Assembly (NCBI GenBank): GCA_034670305.1
Contig: JAXMNT010000008.1
Location: 128,001 to 192,000 of the forward strand
Reading direction: 5' to 3'
Origin: Deltaproteobacteria bacterium
Lineage (GTDB): Bacteria > Myxococcota_A > Polyangia > Polyangiales > Houyiibacteriaceae
Length of the DNA: 64,000 nt
A model generated the notes under the pieces. It worked only from the letters and a program-made list of their open reading frames with translations. It did not search any database and had not been told where the DNA came from. Every line of letters begins with the position of its first letter. Positions within the stretch are counted from its first letter, which is position 1. The position numbers were made by a program, and so were the translations under genes. This document shows, one piece after another, positions 49,295 to 58,184 of this stretch.

Positions 49295-50239
49295 TCAGTC
49301 GTCCATCGCCCCAGCCATCACCCACCCGCGGACCGCCTCGAGCGCCTCCGCCGAGATCGGGTCGCCGCCAGCCGGCATCCGTTCACCGCAACTCGGCGTC
49401 TCGTTGCTCAACTTGTCCACCAGCAGCGACGCGCCGAGATCGCCGGCCACCACGCGGGTGCCCATCGCATCGCACCCCGTGCCCATCGCTGCGGTCCCCA
49501 CGAGGTTCGCGTAGGCCAACTCCCGCGTGCTCAGGTCGAGCCGGTTGAACTCGATCTCTTCCGCCGCTGGGTTGTGACAGCTGCGTCCGCACTGGGGCAG
49601 CAGCACCCGCTCGAAGATGCTCGTGAAGGTCGGTTCGATGGGTCCCAGCGCTTGCGCTTCCACGACGGCGCCGATGGGCGTCGCACCGGCGGGATGCGGC
49701 GTGGTGCGTTCCACCACGGGCGCACCGCACGAGAGCCAGTTGCGGAACACCTCGATGCCTTCGATCGAATCCGCGAAGAGCGGCACGCGGTTGCCGTCGG
49801 CGTCGAACCAACGTTTGGCGCCGATGAGCGCTTCGGTCGCGGCTGCGCCCCCAGGCGGCATCGTGCCGTTCTCGACCGCCGTCAGCATGTCCTGACGGAA
49901 GTCGCGCACGTTGGCGTGCGAAGCCGCCAGTCGATCAGCGGTGCCGAGCGTCGCGTCGGTGCTGGCGAGCTGCACGTCGAAGTCGAGCCCACCCGGTGCG
50001 CCGAAGCGTTCCGCGCCGGTCACGTCGCTCCGGTGGCAGTACCCCGTGTTCGCGCAGTTGGTCGCAAGCATCGCCTGGCCCTCGAACGCGGGCAGTCCTG
50101 CTTCATCGAAGACCACCCGTTCCGCCGCAGCGGTGTCGCAGCCGCCGAGGTCTGCTTTGCACCCCATCGAGGCGAACACGGCGGTTCCCAGCAGAAGCCC
50201 GCCAACCCTTGCAACCCATCCCACGCGGCAAGCATACAT
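49295..50239 (-). CDS. Lipoprotein with two atypical c-type heme motifs
   Basis: SMG-C lipobox; CANTGYCH...MPP and CGRSCH...RMP...WVMAGA. Confidence 0.7.
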   Translation of the reverse strand: MYACRVGWVARVGGLLLGTAVFASMGCKADLGGCDTAAAERVVFDEAGLPAFEGQAMLATNCANTGYCHRSDVTGAERFGAPGGLDFDVQLASTDATLGTADRLAASHANVRDFRQDMLTAVENGTMPPGGAAATEALIGAKRWFDADGNRVPLFADSIEGIEVFRNWLSCGAPVVERTTPHPAGATPIGAVVEAQALGPIEPTFTSIFERVLLPQCGRSCHNPAAEEIEFNRLDLSTRELAYANLVGTAAMGTGCDAMGTRVVAGDLGASLLVDKLSNETPSCGERMPAGGDPISAEALEAVRGWVMAGAMDD

Positions 50240-50277
50240 CCGTGCGGAGCTGCGCGCGCCCTCGATCCATCGGGGCG

Positions 50278-50736
50278 CTACGGGAGCTGAAACGTGCGCA
50301 CGAAGTCGTCACCGACCGCGTGGCAGCCGGTGCAGATCTCGGGCTGTCCGCTGAAGAGGGTGTCGCCGCCACCGTCGTACTCGACGTAGAACCACTGGTC
50401 GGGCGTGACCTTCTCCATGCCGGCGATGAAGCAGAGTTCCCCGCCTTCGTAGCCGTCCTTCACAATCACCGAACCCACCGGCCAGGTCTCGGTCGTCGGG
50501 TCCGCGAGCGCCGCTTCGACCACGTCGTTGACCCACACTTCGACTTCGTCTCCATGCGCAGCCCGACTCGGTTCGAGCCCGGGGTAGCCAGGCGCCCGGG
50601 CCCAACTGCGGTAGTCCTCGGCCTGGATGGTCTCCCAGAAGCGGGCCGCGCCCTCGGGATCCTGGTCGTCGCCGCACCCGGCCACGAACACCGAGGCGAG
50701 AACTGCAGAACAAAGTGCGGCGCACGAGCGGCTCAT
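50278..50736 (-). CDS. Cytochrome P460-family lipoprotein
   Basis: VAG-C lipobox; YRSW, HG..V.VWVN, WPVGSVIVKD, MEK, WFY, CTGCH near the C-terminus. Confidence 0.75.
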   Translation of the reverse strand: MSRSCAALCSAVLASVFVAGCGDDQDPEGAARFWETIQAEDYRSWARAPGYPGLEPSRAAHGDEVEVWVNDVVEAALADPTTETWPVGSVIVKDGYEGGELCFIAGMEKVTPDQWFYVEYDGGGDTLFSGQPEICTGCHAVGDDFVRTFQLP

Positions 50737-51950
50737 GGGATCGCGAGGGGTGGAACCGCGGGCGGGATGCTCGGCTTGCGCTTCGGGAGGAACGCGAGCG
50801 GTTCGAAGAGCATCAGCGCCTCTTCGGGCAAGCCCTCCACCATCTGCACCAGCTCCGCCTTCTTCAGGTAGATCTCTTCGCGTCGACCGTCGTCGTGTTC
50901 GAACTTGAGCGAGAGTTCGCTGTCGTTCGGGGAGTGCGCGTTGACCGCGGCTGCGATCGGCGCGAGCCGCGCGGCGATGCGCTCGAGCAACGTTCGCGTC
51001 AAACCGCGTTCGAACACGTCGTGTTCGTCGAGCTGCGCGTAGACGAGCCGCTTCTTGCGCTGAAGCAGCGGCGCGCACTCGGCGCGCAGCACCGCGGCCA
51101 GCTCTTCGATGCGCTGGAGGTCCTCGCCCGACGAGGAGAACGGATCGCCTTCACGCCGAGAGACCCGCGCCACCGAGGCACCGGTGTCGTCCACGTCCAG
51201 ATCGACGATGTAGCTGTCGCGGGGCGCATCCATCTTCTTGCGGAGGTGGACCTCCATCGAGTCCGGGCCGAGCTCGACCTCGGTCACGTAGAACTCGTCG
51301 AGTGAGTGCACGTCCGGGTTGAGCGAGCTGCGCAGAAACGCCTTCTTGAAACCCACCTGGATCGTCATGCCGGGGGAGAGTTCCCCAAGCTTGCGCGGCT
51401 GGCTCCATCCGCTGTTGCCCACTTCGAGCGCGAAACAGGTCGTGAGCTCGCCCGGGTGCACGAGCACGGCTTGGCCCTGCGGTGCGGTGCCGCCTAGGTT
51501 GAGCGAGAGCGCCCACGACAGGGTCGGCAGCGGATCTGCGAGGAGAAACGACTGAAGCACCTGTCGCAGCTGGTTGCGCTTGGCGCCGATCTCTTGCGTG
51601 ACGTTCATCGACTCCTGGTCGAGGTTGGCATTGCGCGACTGACGTGCATGGGTGCCGATCGTCTCCACCTGCTCCAGGATCTGCCGCGCGTAAGGCCCGA
51701 TGAGCTGCGGCGCCCCCGACCGGGCCGCGCTGTGCGCAATGGTCGTCGTCAGGTTCTCGAAGAAGTTCTGGATCGCTTCGACCGCGTGCAGATGCTCCTG
51801 CGCACGCTCACCGAGGTTCTGTTCGAGTTGGTCGGCTTCGTACGAGAGCAGGAGCGCTTGGCTGGCGGCCTCCACGAAACTGCGCAGCTCGCGCAAGAAG
51901 TCGTAGCCATCGGCGAAGGGCGACGAATCGCCATAGAGATAGTTCGGCAC
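50733..51950 (-). CDS. Conserved-looking hypothetical cytoplasmic protein
   Basis: Coding-like ORF starting VPNYLYGDSSPF; ATGA overlap with the downstream gene. Confidence 0.75.
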   Translation of the reverse strand: MPNYLYGDSSPFADGYDFLRELRSFVEAASQALLLSYEADQLEQNLGERAQEHLHAVEAIQNFFENLTTTIAHSAARSGAPQLIGPYARQILEQVETIGTHARQSRNANLDQESMNVTQEIGAKRNQLRQVLQSFLLADPLPTLSWALSLNLGGTAPQGQAVLVHPGELTTCFALEVGNSGWSQPRKLGELSPGMTIQVGFKKAFLRSSLNPDVHSLDEFYVTEVELGPDSMEVHLRKKMDAPRDSYIVDLDVDDTGASVARVSRREGDPFSSSGEDLQRIEELAAVLRAECAPLLQRKKRLVYAQLDEHDVFERGLTRTLLERIAARLAPIAAAVNAHSPNDSELSLKFEHDDGRREEIYLKKAELVQMVEGLPEEALMLFEPLAFLPKRKPSIPPAVPPLAIP

Positions 51951-52066
51951 GGCAGAACAGCCTATCTCTTCGCCAGAGCCGCTGTACAGACCCAGTGGCA
52001 CAACGCGGCCGTTCCAAGATACACTGCGGGCCAGTGGCAGTGGAGCAGGCCGGGGGGGGCGACGAA

Positions 52067-53590
52067 GTGTCGGGTGACGTGGAAGAGTCCGCGGTCGGAG
52101 CCCGCACGCAGGCACCCCCACATGGTGAACCCACCATCGGCGTGTCCGGCATCGCCCGGACAAGTACGCCCCCGCCGCTGGTCGAGTTCGGCCGGTACCG
52201 CGTCCTCGGGCGGCTGGCCGTGGGCGGCATGGCGGAGATCTTCCTGGCCGAAGAAGCGGCCGGCGATGGGGCCCGGTCGGTCGTGATCAAGGTGTTGCGG
52301 CATCAACTCCGCGACGACCCGGCATTCGACGCGCTCTTCCGACAGGAAGGGTCCATGACGATGCAGCTCGCCCACCCCAACATCTGCACCGTCTACGATT
52401 TCGGGAAGCAGAACGATCTGTTCTTCATCGCGATGGAACACGTCGACGGGGTCACCCTCTGGGAGATCCTTGGCCGCTTGAGCCGACAGAAGAAGCGGAT
52501 CCAGCCGGCGCTCGCGGTCGCGATTCTTTCGCGCGTCGCCGCCGCCCTCGACTACGCCCACCACGCCCGCGATTCGAAACGCAAGGTGCTCGGGGTGGTT
52601 CATCGGGACGTCTCGCCGCACAACGTGATGGTCCGCTTCGACGGGGTCGTGAAGCTGCTCGACTTCGGCGTCGCCAAAGTCCAGTCGCTGGAAGAGACCG
52701 AAGAGAAGTCGATGGTCAAGGGCAAGTCGGCGTACTTGGCGCCGGAGCAATGCCAGTCCAAACCCCTCGATGGACGCTGCGATGTGTTCGCGCTCGGCAT
52801 CTGCCTGTTCGAAGCGCTCACAGGCCGTCGACTCTACCGGCGCGAAGGGGCGTTCGAGACCTTCAAGGCGATCGTGCAAGAGCCGCCCCCCGACCTCTCG
52901 AAACACTTCGACCCGGGCCTCGCCAAAATCGTCAAGACCGCGCTGGGCAAGGCGCCGGAAGACCGGTATCCGACCGCGGGCAAGATGCACCTCGAGATGG
53001 AACGGTGGCTCTCCGAGCAGCGAGAGGTGATCACCGCCGCACGCCTCGAAGACTTCTTGCACGAACTGTTCGGTGAAGACGCGGACCGGGCACCGACGCT
53101 GGAGCGCGGTCCGGAAGCGATCGCCCGACTGAAAGCCAACGCGCCGGTTTCCGCTCCGGTCCCCGAGACGACGAGCCGTCCCAAGTGGATGTGGATGGCA
53201 GCAGCCGCCGCGGTGATCGGCATCGCCGGCGGCGCCTACGCCGCACTGAGCGGCCCTGCACCCGACGAACACTCCGACGAGCGGGCGGAACAGCAGGCCG
53301 CGCTCACAGCGCAAGCGCGTGACCTCGAAGCCCAGTCGCGTGCGCTCGAGGAACGAAGCGCCGCTCACGAAGCCAACCAAGCGGAGGCTATCGAGAGGGC
53401 GGAAGCAGCCCGGCGCGAGGCGGAAGCCGCGGCTTTGGAAGCAGCCGCGGCGGCCGCAGCCGCGCAGGCAGAAGCAGAAGCAGCAGCGGCGGAAGCCGCC
53501 GCCCAGGCAGAAGCAGAAGCCGCCTCCATGACCGCGTCGATGAGACGCACCACCATGCGACGACGTTTCGTTCGGGAGCCGGACTTTTGA
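52067..53590 (+). CDS. Membrane Ser/Thr kinase with Ala/Glu-rich coiled-coil C-terminus (start approximate)
   Basis: LAVGGMAEIF, VIK, HRDVSPHN, DFGVAK, KGKSAYLAPE; TM segment; EAAAA repeats. Confidence 0.9.
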   Translation: MSGDVEESAVGARTQAPPHGEPTIGVSGIARTSTPPPLVEFGRYRVLGRLAVGGMAEIFLAEEAAGDGARSVVIKVLRHQLRDDPAFDALFRQEGSMTMQLAHPNICTVYDFGKQNDLFFIAMEHVDGVTLWEILGRLSRQKKRIQPALAVAILSRVAAALDYAHHARDSKRKVLGVVHRDVSPHNVMVRFDGVVKLLDFGVAKVQSLEETEEKSMVKGKSAYLAPEQCQSKPLDGRCDVFALGICLFEALTGRRLYRREGAFETFKAIVQEPPPDLSKHFDPGLAKIVKTALGKAPEDRYPTAGKMHLEMERWLSEQREVITAARLEDFLHELFGEDADRAPTLERGPEAIARLKANAPVSAPVPETTSRPKWMWMAAAAAVIGIAGGAYAALSGPAPDEHSDERAEQQAALTAQARDLEAQSRALEERSAAHEANQAEAIERAEAARREAEAAALEAAAAAAAAQAEAEAAAAEAAAQAEAEAASMTASMRRTTMRRRFVREPDF

Positions 53591-54357
53591 TACGCACCAT
53601 CGGGCGCCCCGCGCTCGCCCTCTTTCTTCTCTTCGCACTCGGCTCGGAGCTGCACGCCCAGGCGCCGGCCGAGGACGGTTCGACCAACGGTTCGACCGAC
53701 GAAGACACGAACCGGGAACGGGCCCGGGCCCTCTTCCGGGAAGGGGTCGATCACGTCGAAGCGAGGGACTTGGAGGCGGCCGCGACGGCGTTCGAAGCCG
53801 CGCTCGGTTTCCACGACGCGTCGTCGATCCGGTTCAACCTCGCCTCCGCGCTGTTCGAGCTCGATCGGTTCACCGCCGCGTACCCGCACCTCGTGCAGCT
53901 CCAGGAGACATCGGAACTCGAGGCCGTCATGGCCCGCAGTGTGCGCCGCATGCTCGACCGGTCGACCGCGCGCATCGGGCGTCTGACCATCCGAGCGAGC
54001 GGCTCGATCGAGGAGGTCGCGCTCGACGGGGAGGTGCTGCCCGCCGGTCAAGAAGTCACCCCCGTCGAGCCGGGATCCCACGTGGTGGAAGGCCGCGTGG
54101 CCCAAGAGGTCGCGGTGCGACGGGAGGTCGCGGTCGCCGCCGGCGAACGCGCCATCGTGGATCTCACACTCGTCCGTATCGAAGACGAACAAGACCCCCT
54201 GCCCATCGTCGAGACGCCGAGCCGGGTGGGTCGCCGCGTCGGCATCATCGCCGCCGTGGTGGCGGTGGTTGCCGTGGGCGTGGTCCTCGGCGTCGTGCTC
54301 TCGGGCGGTGAGGACGAAGTCCAAGGGGACCTGAACCCCGGAGTCCTCCGATGGTGA
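53587..54357 (+). CDS. TPR + PEGA-like protein with C-terminal TM segment
   Basis: ARALFREG...FEAA...FNLA; V.LDG...VEPGSH; hydrophobic tail. Confidence 0.75.
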   Translation: MIRTIGRPALALFLLFALGSELHAQAPAEDGSTNGSTDEDTNRERARALFREGVDHVEARDLEAAATAFEAALGFHDASSIRFNLASALFELDRFTAAYPHLVQLQETSELEAVMARSVRRMLDRSTARIGRLTIRASGSIEEVALDGEVLPAGQEVTPVEPGSHVVEGRVAQEVAVRREVAVAAGERAIVDLTLVRIEDEQDPLPIVETPSRVGRRVGIIAAVVAVVAVGVVLGVVLSGGEDEVQGDLNPGVLRW

Positions 54358-55478
54358 ACACTCGGTGCTTCTGCGCTGCCCTCCTTCTCTTGGCCCTCGC
54401 GTGCTCGAGCGACCCGACCCAGGTGATCGTCGTCGTCGACAGTGACCTGACGGTCCCGTCCGAACTCGACGGGTTGGTCATCGAAGTCACCGGCCCAGAC
54501 GGTGAAGTGCAGAGCGCGAGCGGCGGACTCGGCCCGATGGAGTTGCCGCTCCCCCGCACGCTCGCCCTCAGTCACACCTCGGGTGCCCTCGGCCCGTTTG
54601 ACGTCGTCGCGCGCGGACAGCGCAGTGGTGCGACCGTCATCGAGCGGCGCGCCCAGTTCGAGTTCCAGCAAGGGCGGGTGCTCGTCCTTGAGATGCATCT
54701 CGTCCGGAGCTGCCTCGGCGTCGCGTGCGTCTCCGGAGAGACCTGTTCGGAGCGGGGCTGTGTCTCGACCCTGGTGCCGCCGAGCGCGCTGCCCGAATGG
54801 ACCGGACTGCCCCCCATGCTGGGGGATGCCGGGCCAACGGACGGTGGTGTCGACGCGGGCATCGACGCACCGCCCGACACCTCGTTCGATGCGTGTGTCC
54901 CGATGGGCAGCGAACTCTGCGACGGACTCGACCAAGACTGCGACGGGCGCATCGACGAGGGCTTCGCCGAGATCGCCGATGTCTGCGCCGACGGCCTCGA
55001 CCAAGACTGCGATGGGCGCACCGACGAAGGCTCGGATGAGCTGTGCAACGGGGCCGACGACGACTGCGACGACGCCGTGGACGAAGGCCTCGAGGGCGTC
55101 GAGGAACTCTGCGACGGTCTCGATCAGGACTGCGACACGCTCGTCGACGAAGGGCTGGCCGGCACGCCCGAGGTCTGCGACGGCTTGGACCAGGACTGCG
55201 ACGCGATGGTCGACGAAGGCTTCGACACCCTGACCGACGTCGACCATTGCGGCGGGTGCGGAATGGTGTGCCGCGTGATGAATGGAACCCCGAGCTGCGC
55301 GGCGGGCACGTGCGTGGTCGAGAGCTGCAACGGGACCTTCGCCAACTGCGACGGCCGGGTCGACAACGGCTGCGAAGTCGACACCAATGTGAGCACCATG
55401 CACTGCGGCACCTGCACGAACGAGTGCAGTCCACCGCTCCGCATGTGCTGCGCCGGCACCTGCGCCCGCGACTGCTGA
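54351..55478 (+). CDS. Lipoprotein with five CDGLDQDCDG..DEG repeats and a C-terminal Cys-rich domain
   Basis: ALA-C lipobox; TQVIVVVDSDL; five repeats; HCGGCG and HCGTC. Confidence 0.82.
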   Translation: MVNTRCFCAALLLLALACSSDPTQVIVVVDSDLTVPSELDGLVIEVTGPDGEVQSASGGLGPMELPLPRTLALSHTSGALGPFDVVARGQRSGATVIERRAQFEFQQGRVLVLEMHLVRSCLGVACVSGETCSERGCVSTLVPPSALPEWTGLPPMLGDAGPTDGGVDAGIDAPPDTSFDACVPMGSELCDGLDQDCDGRIDEGFAEIADVCADGLDQDCDGRTDEGSDELCNGADDDCDDAVDEGLEGVEELCDGLDQDCDTLVDEGLAGTPEVCDGLDQDCDAMVDEGFDTLTDVDHCGGCGMVCRVMNGTPSCAAGTCVVESCNGTFANCDGRVDNGCEVDTNVSTMHCGTCTNECSPPLRMCCAGTCARDC

Positions 55479-55493
55479 GCGGCTAGACCCTGA

Positions 55494-56684
55494 TCAGCGT
55501 GTGCGCATGCGCTCGAGGCGCTCCGTCAGTTGCGCCTCGGTGTCGATGCTCGTCGCACGTCCGTGTCCGAGCGCCTTGAAGACCGACTGAACTTCGGCGA
55601 GTCCGCGCGCCGCCGCTTGCGCGGCCGCTTTCGGGCTGCCCTTGAACGGGTGGGCCTCACACGTGCCAGTCGCCGGATCGTAGCCCCAGGTCCCGAACAC
55701 CCGGCCGCCCAGTTGCAGGGTGCGGTCGAGCGGCTGACCGCTTTCTCCAATCGGCGTCTGCTTGCCTCGTCCGAACGTCGCGATCGGGAACCCCCGGTGC
55801 GCCGGTTCCAAGAGCGGCGCCGCGGAGAGTCGCATCGCGAAGAGGTTGTCGAGCGCGGGGATCAGCGCGACCGCGGGTTTGCCGATCGCGGGCGGCTTCG
55901 AACCCGCGACCACGAACGCTTCGCCGAGTTCCTCGACCTCGACGCAGTCGAAGGCGCCGCGTTCGATCGCGGCTTTGGCTTCGGTCTGGTTCAGCCCCGT
56001 CCACGACGCGAACTCCTTGCGGGTCGCCGGCCCTGCCCATTGGAAGAACCGTTTCGCCAGCGCGTCGTGCGCCGCCTCGGGTTGCATGGACTTCGCGACT
56101 TTGCCGGTGGCCGTCCACGCGTAGCGTTCGTGGTCGAGCCGATCGTCCACCGGCACCCGCGCGATGCGTCCGGCGAACTCCAAGCGGCGGAGCGCCGAAG
56201 GAAGCGTGGTGGTGAGCCCAACCTTCTTGCCCGCTGGCCCCAGCGACCGCACCAGACCCTCGGGAAGCGCCGCCGAGAGCGCGCGGGTTTCGGTCGGCGT
56301 CTTCAGCCGCTTCAGGATGTCCTTCGCGAGGCCGTCGACCTCGTCGAGCGAGCTGCCCGCCTTCTCGAGATCGCGCGCCATGCGTTTGTCGCTCTGAGCC
56401 GCAGCGACCGCGAGCGAGAGCGGCACGTCCGCTTTGGGCACCAAGTACATGCAGCCCCGCACCGAGGGCACCACACAGAGCGCACCCTTCTTCACCGCCG
56501 CATGCACGGACTTGACCGTGGCTTTGGAAGTCCGGGCCGCGAGCGCGAGGTACGCCTCCGCCCCGCCGATCGTCCGGAGCCACCCGGTCGACGCCGCCGC
56601 CTTCGCGAGCGAAAGATCCCCCCGCGCGTGCAGCCCCTGTCCATGCGCCCATGCCGAGCGCGCCTGAGTGAGTGTCCATGCCAT
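55494..56684 (-). CDS. AlkZ/YcaQ-like (HTH_42) crosslink-repair glycosylase family protein
   Basis: YLALAAR, VRGCMYLV, RFFQWAGPAT..EFASWTGL, LIPALD, GRVFGTW. Confidence 0.75.
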   Translation of the reverse strand: MAWTLTQARSAWAHGQGLHARGDLSLAKAAASTGWLRTIGGAEAYLALAARTSKATVKSVHAAVKKGALCVVPSVRGCMYLVPKADVPLSLAVAAAQSDKRMARDLEKAGSSLDEVDGLAKDILKRLKTPTETRALSAALPEGLVRSLGPAGKKVGLTTTLPSALRRLEFAGRIARVPVDDRLDHERYAWTATGKVAKSMQPEAAHDALAKRFFQWAGPATRKEFASWTGLNQTEAKAAIERGAFDCVEVEELGEAFVVAGSKPPAIGKPAVALIPALDNLFAMRLSAAPLLEPAHRGFPIATFGRGKQTPIGESGQPLDRTLQLGGRVFGTWGYDPATGTCEAHPFKGSPKAAAQAAARGLAEVQSVFKALGHGRATSIDTEAQLTERLERMRTR

Positions 56685-56741
56685 CGGGGCCGATGACAGC
56701 ATGAGAGTGGCCGTTGGTGATAGAGGGGGCGGGGGCGGTCG

Positions 56742-56915
56742 CGGGAGCGGAAGCGGAAGCGGAAGCGGTCGGAAGCGGAAACGGAAGCGGTCGCGGTCGC
56801 GGAAGCGGAAGCCGAAGCCGAAGCCGAAGCCGAGGCCGAGGCCGAGGCCGAAGCCGAAGCCGAAGCCGAGGCCGAAGCCGAAGCCGAGGCCGAAGCCGAA
56901 GCCGAAGCCGAAGCC
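56742..56915 (-). repeat. Composite microsatellite: on the minus strand (TCGGCT/C)n then (TCCGCT)n
   Basis: Plus strand (GCGGAA)n then (GCCGAA/GCCGAG)n. Confidence 0.92.
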
Positions 56916-56969
56916 GCTGTCTCTGCCCGTCCGCTCGAATCGCTGGCGGTTTCAGATAGGCTCGGCGGC

Positions 56970-58184
56970 GTGACCCACTACGCCTTCGTCCTGCAGGTGC
57001 TGATCGGCGGCGCGCTGGTGGTGGGGGCGGCCGCGGTGATGCGGAACCGGTTCTTCGCGACGTTCACGACGGTGCTGCTCACGGTGCAGGGCATCACCGC
57101 GGTGGCGCTGTGGCCGCGCTATGCGTGGGCGGCGCCGGCCTTCATCTACTTGCAGGCGTGCGTGCATCTGCACTTCTTGAGTCTGTCGCGTGCGCGGATG
57201 CGGCCGCTCGCCTGGCGGCTCCTGATCAGCATCCCCGGACTCTTCTTCGGGGCCATCATGCTCTTCGGGTTGCCGTGGGGCATCGTCGCGCTCTTCGGCC
57301 GCACCCCCTACGGCGTGGAGTTCGTCTTCGTCGCCGCGGCGGTTGGCGTGGTGCAGTCGCTCTACACGCGGGAGCGGACGGTCGACGTCGTGCTCGATGG
57401 CGAAGACGTCGGTGCGCAGCGCCGACTCGCGCTTCCCAAGGCCGCACCCACCGAACACGAGCCACTCCGCATCGTACAGATCACCGACCCGCACCTCGGG
57501 CCGCTGATGAGCGTGCGTCGGCTGCGCCGCATCTGCGAGCGGGCGGTCGCGCGGGACCCACACCTCGTGCTGCTCACCGGCGATTTTCTCACGATGGAGT
57601 CCCACGCGGATCCGATGGTCCTCGAAGACTCGCTCCGGCCGCTCGCCGCGATCAGCGACCGCGTCTTCGCGTGTTTCGGCAACCACGACCACGAAGCACC
57701 GGAGCTCGTGCGCCACGTATGCCGCACCTTGGGAATCACCCTGCTGGTCGACCAGGAGACCAGGGTAGACACACCGGCCGGTCCAGTGCAGCTCGTCGGG
57801 GCCGACTACGCATTCCGCAAACGGCGCGAACACTTGGCGGCTCTGGCGCAGAAGTTCCCCCGCCGCGAGGACCACCTGCGGGTGTGGCTCCTCCACGACC
57901 CAGGCGCGTTCCGCCACATCCCCGAAGGCGAAGCGGATCTCGTCTTCAGCGGTCACACCCACGGCGGACAGGTCGGGCTCGTCTCCCTCGGCATCCCGTG
58001 GACGTTCGTGAGCGCGTTCACGCCAATCCCCGACTTCGGCTTCTGGGGACGCGGCCCCGACCGGCTCTACGTGCACCGCGGCACCGGCGTCTACGGGTTC
58101 CCGCTGCGCGTCGGCGTGCCCGGCGAGCAGTCCCTCGTGCGCGTGTTCGACCAGCGCGCGCCCCTCCGGCCCGAGACCGCATGA
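56970..58184 (+). CDS. Membrane-anchored metallophosphoesterase (YkuE/YaeI-like)
   Basis: N-terminal TMs; TDPH, TGDF, GNHD, LHDP, SGHTHGGQ. Confidence 0.9.
   Translation: MTHYAFVLQVLIGGALVVGAAAVMRNRFFATFTTVLLTVQGITAVALWPRYAWAAPAFIYLQACVHLHFLSLSRARMRPLAWRLLISIPGLFFGAIMLFGLPWGIVALFGRTPYGVEFVFVAAAVGVVQSLYTRERTVDVVLDGEDVGAQRRLALPKAAPTEHEPLRIVQITDPHLGPLMSVRRLRRICERAVARDPHLVLLTGDFLTMESHADPMVLEDSLRPLAAISDRVFACFGNHDHEAPELVRHVCRTLGITLLVDQETRVDTPAGPVQLVGADYAFRKRREHLAALAQKFPRREDHLRVWLLHDPGAFRHIPEGEADLVFSGHTHGGQVGLVSLGIPWTFVSAFTPIPDFGFWGRGPDRLYVHRGTGVYGFPLRVGVPGEQSLVRVFDQRAPLRPETA

Noticed and set aside
53330-53530. GCAGAAGCA-type repeats as another microsatellite
   Set aside because: They encode the Ala/Glu coiled coil of the kinase
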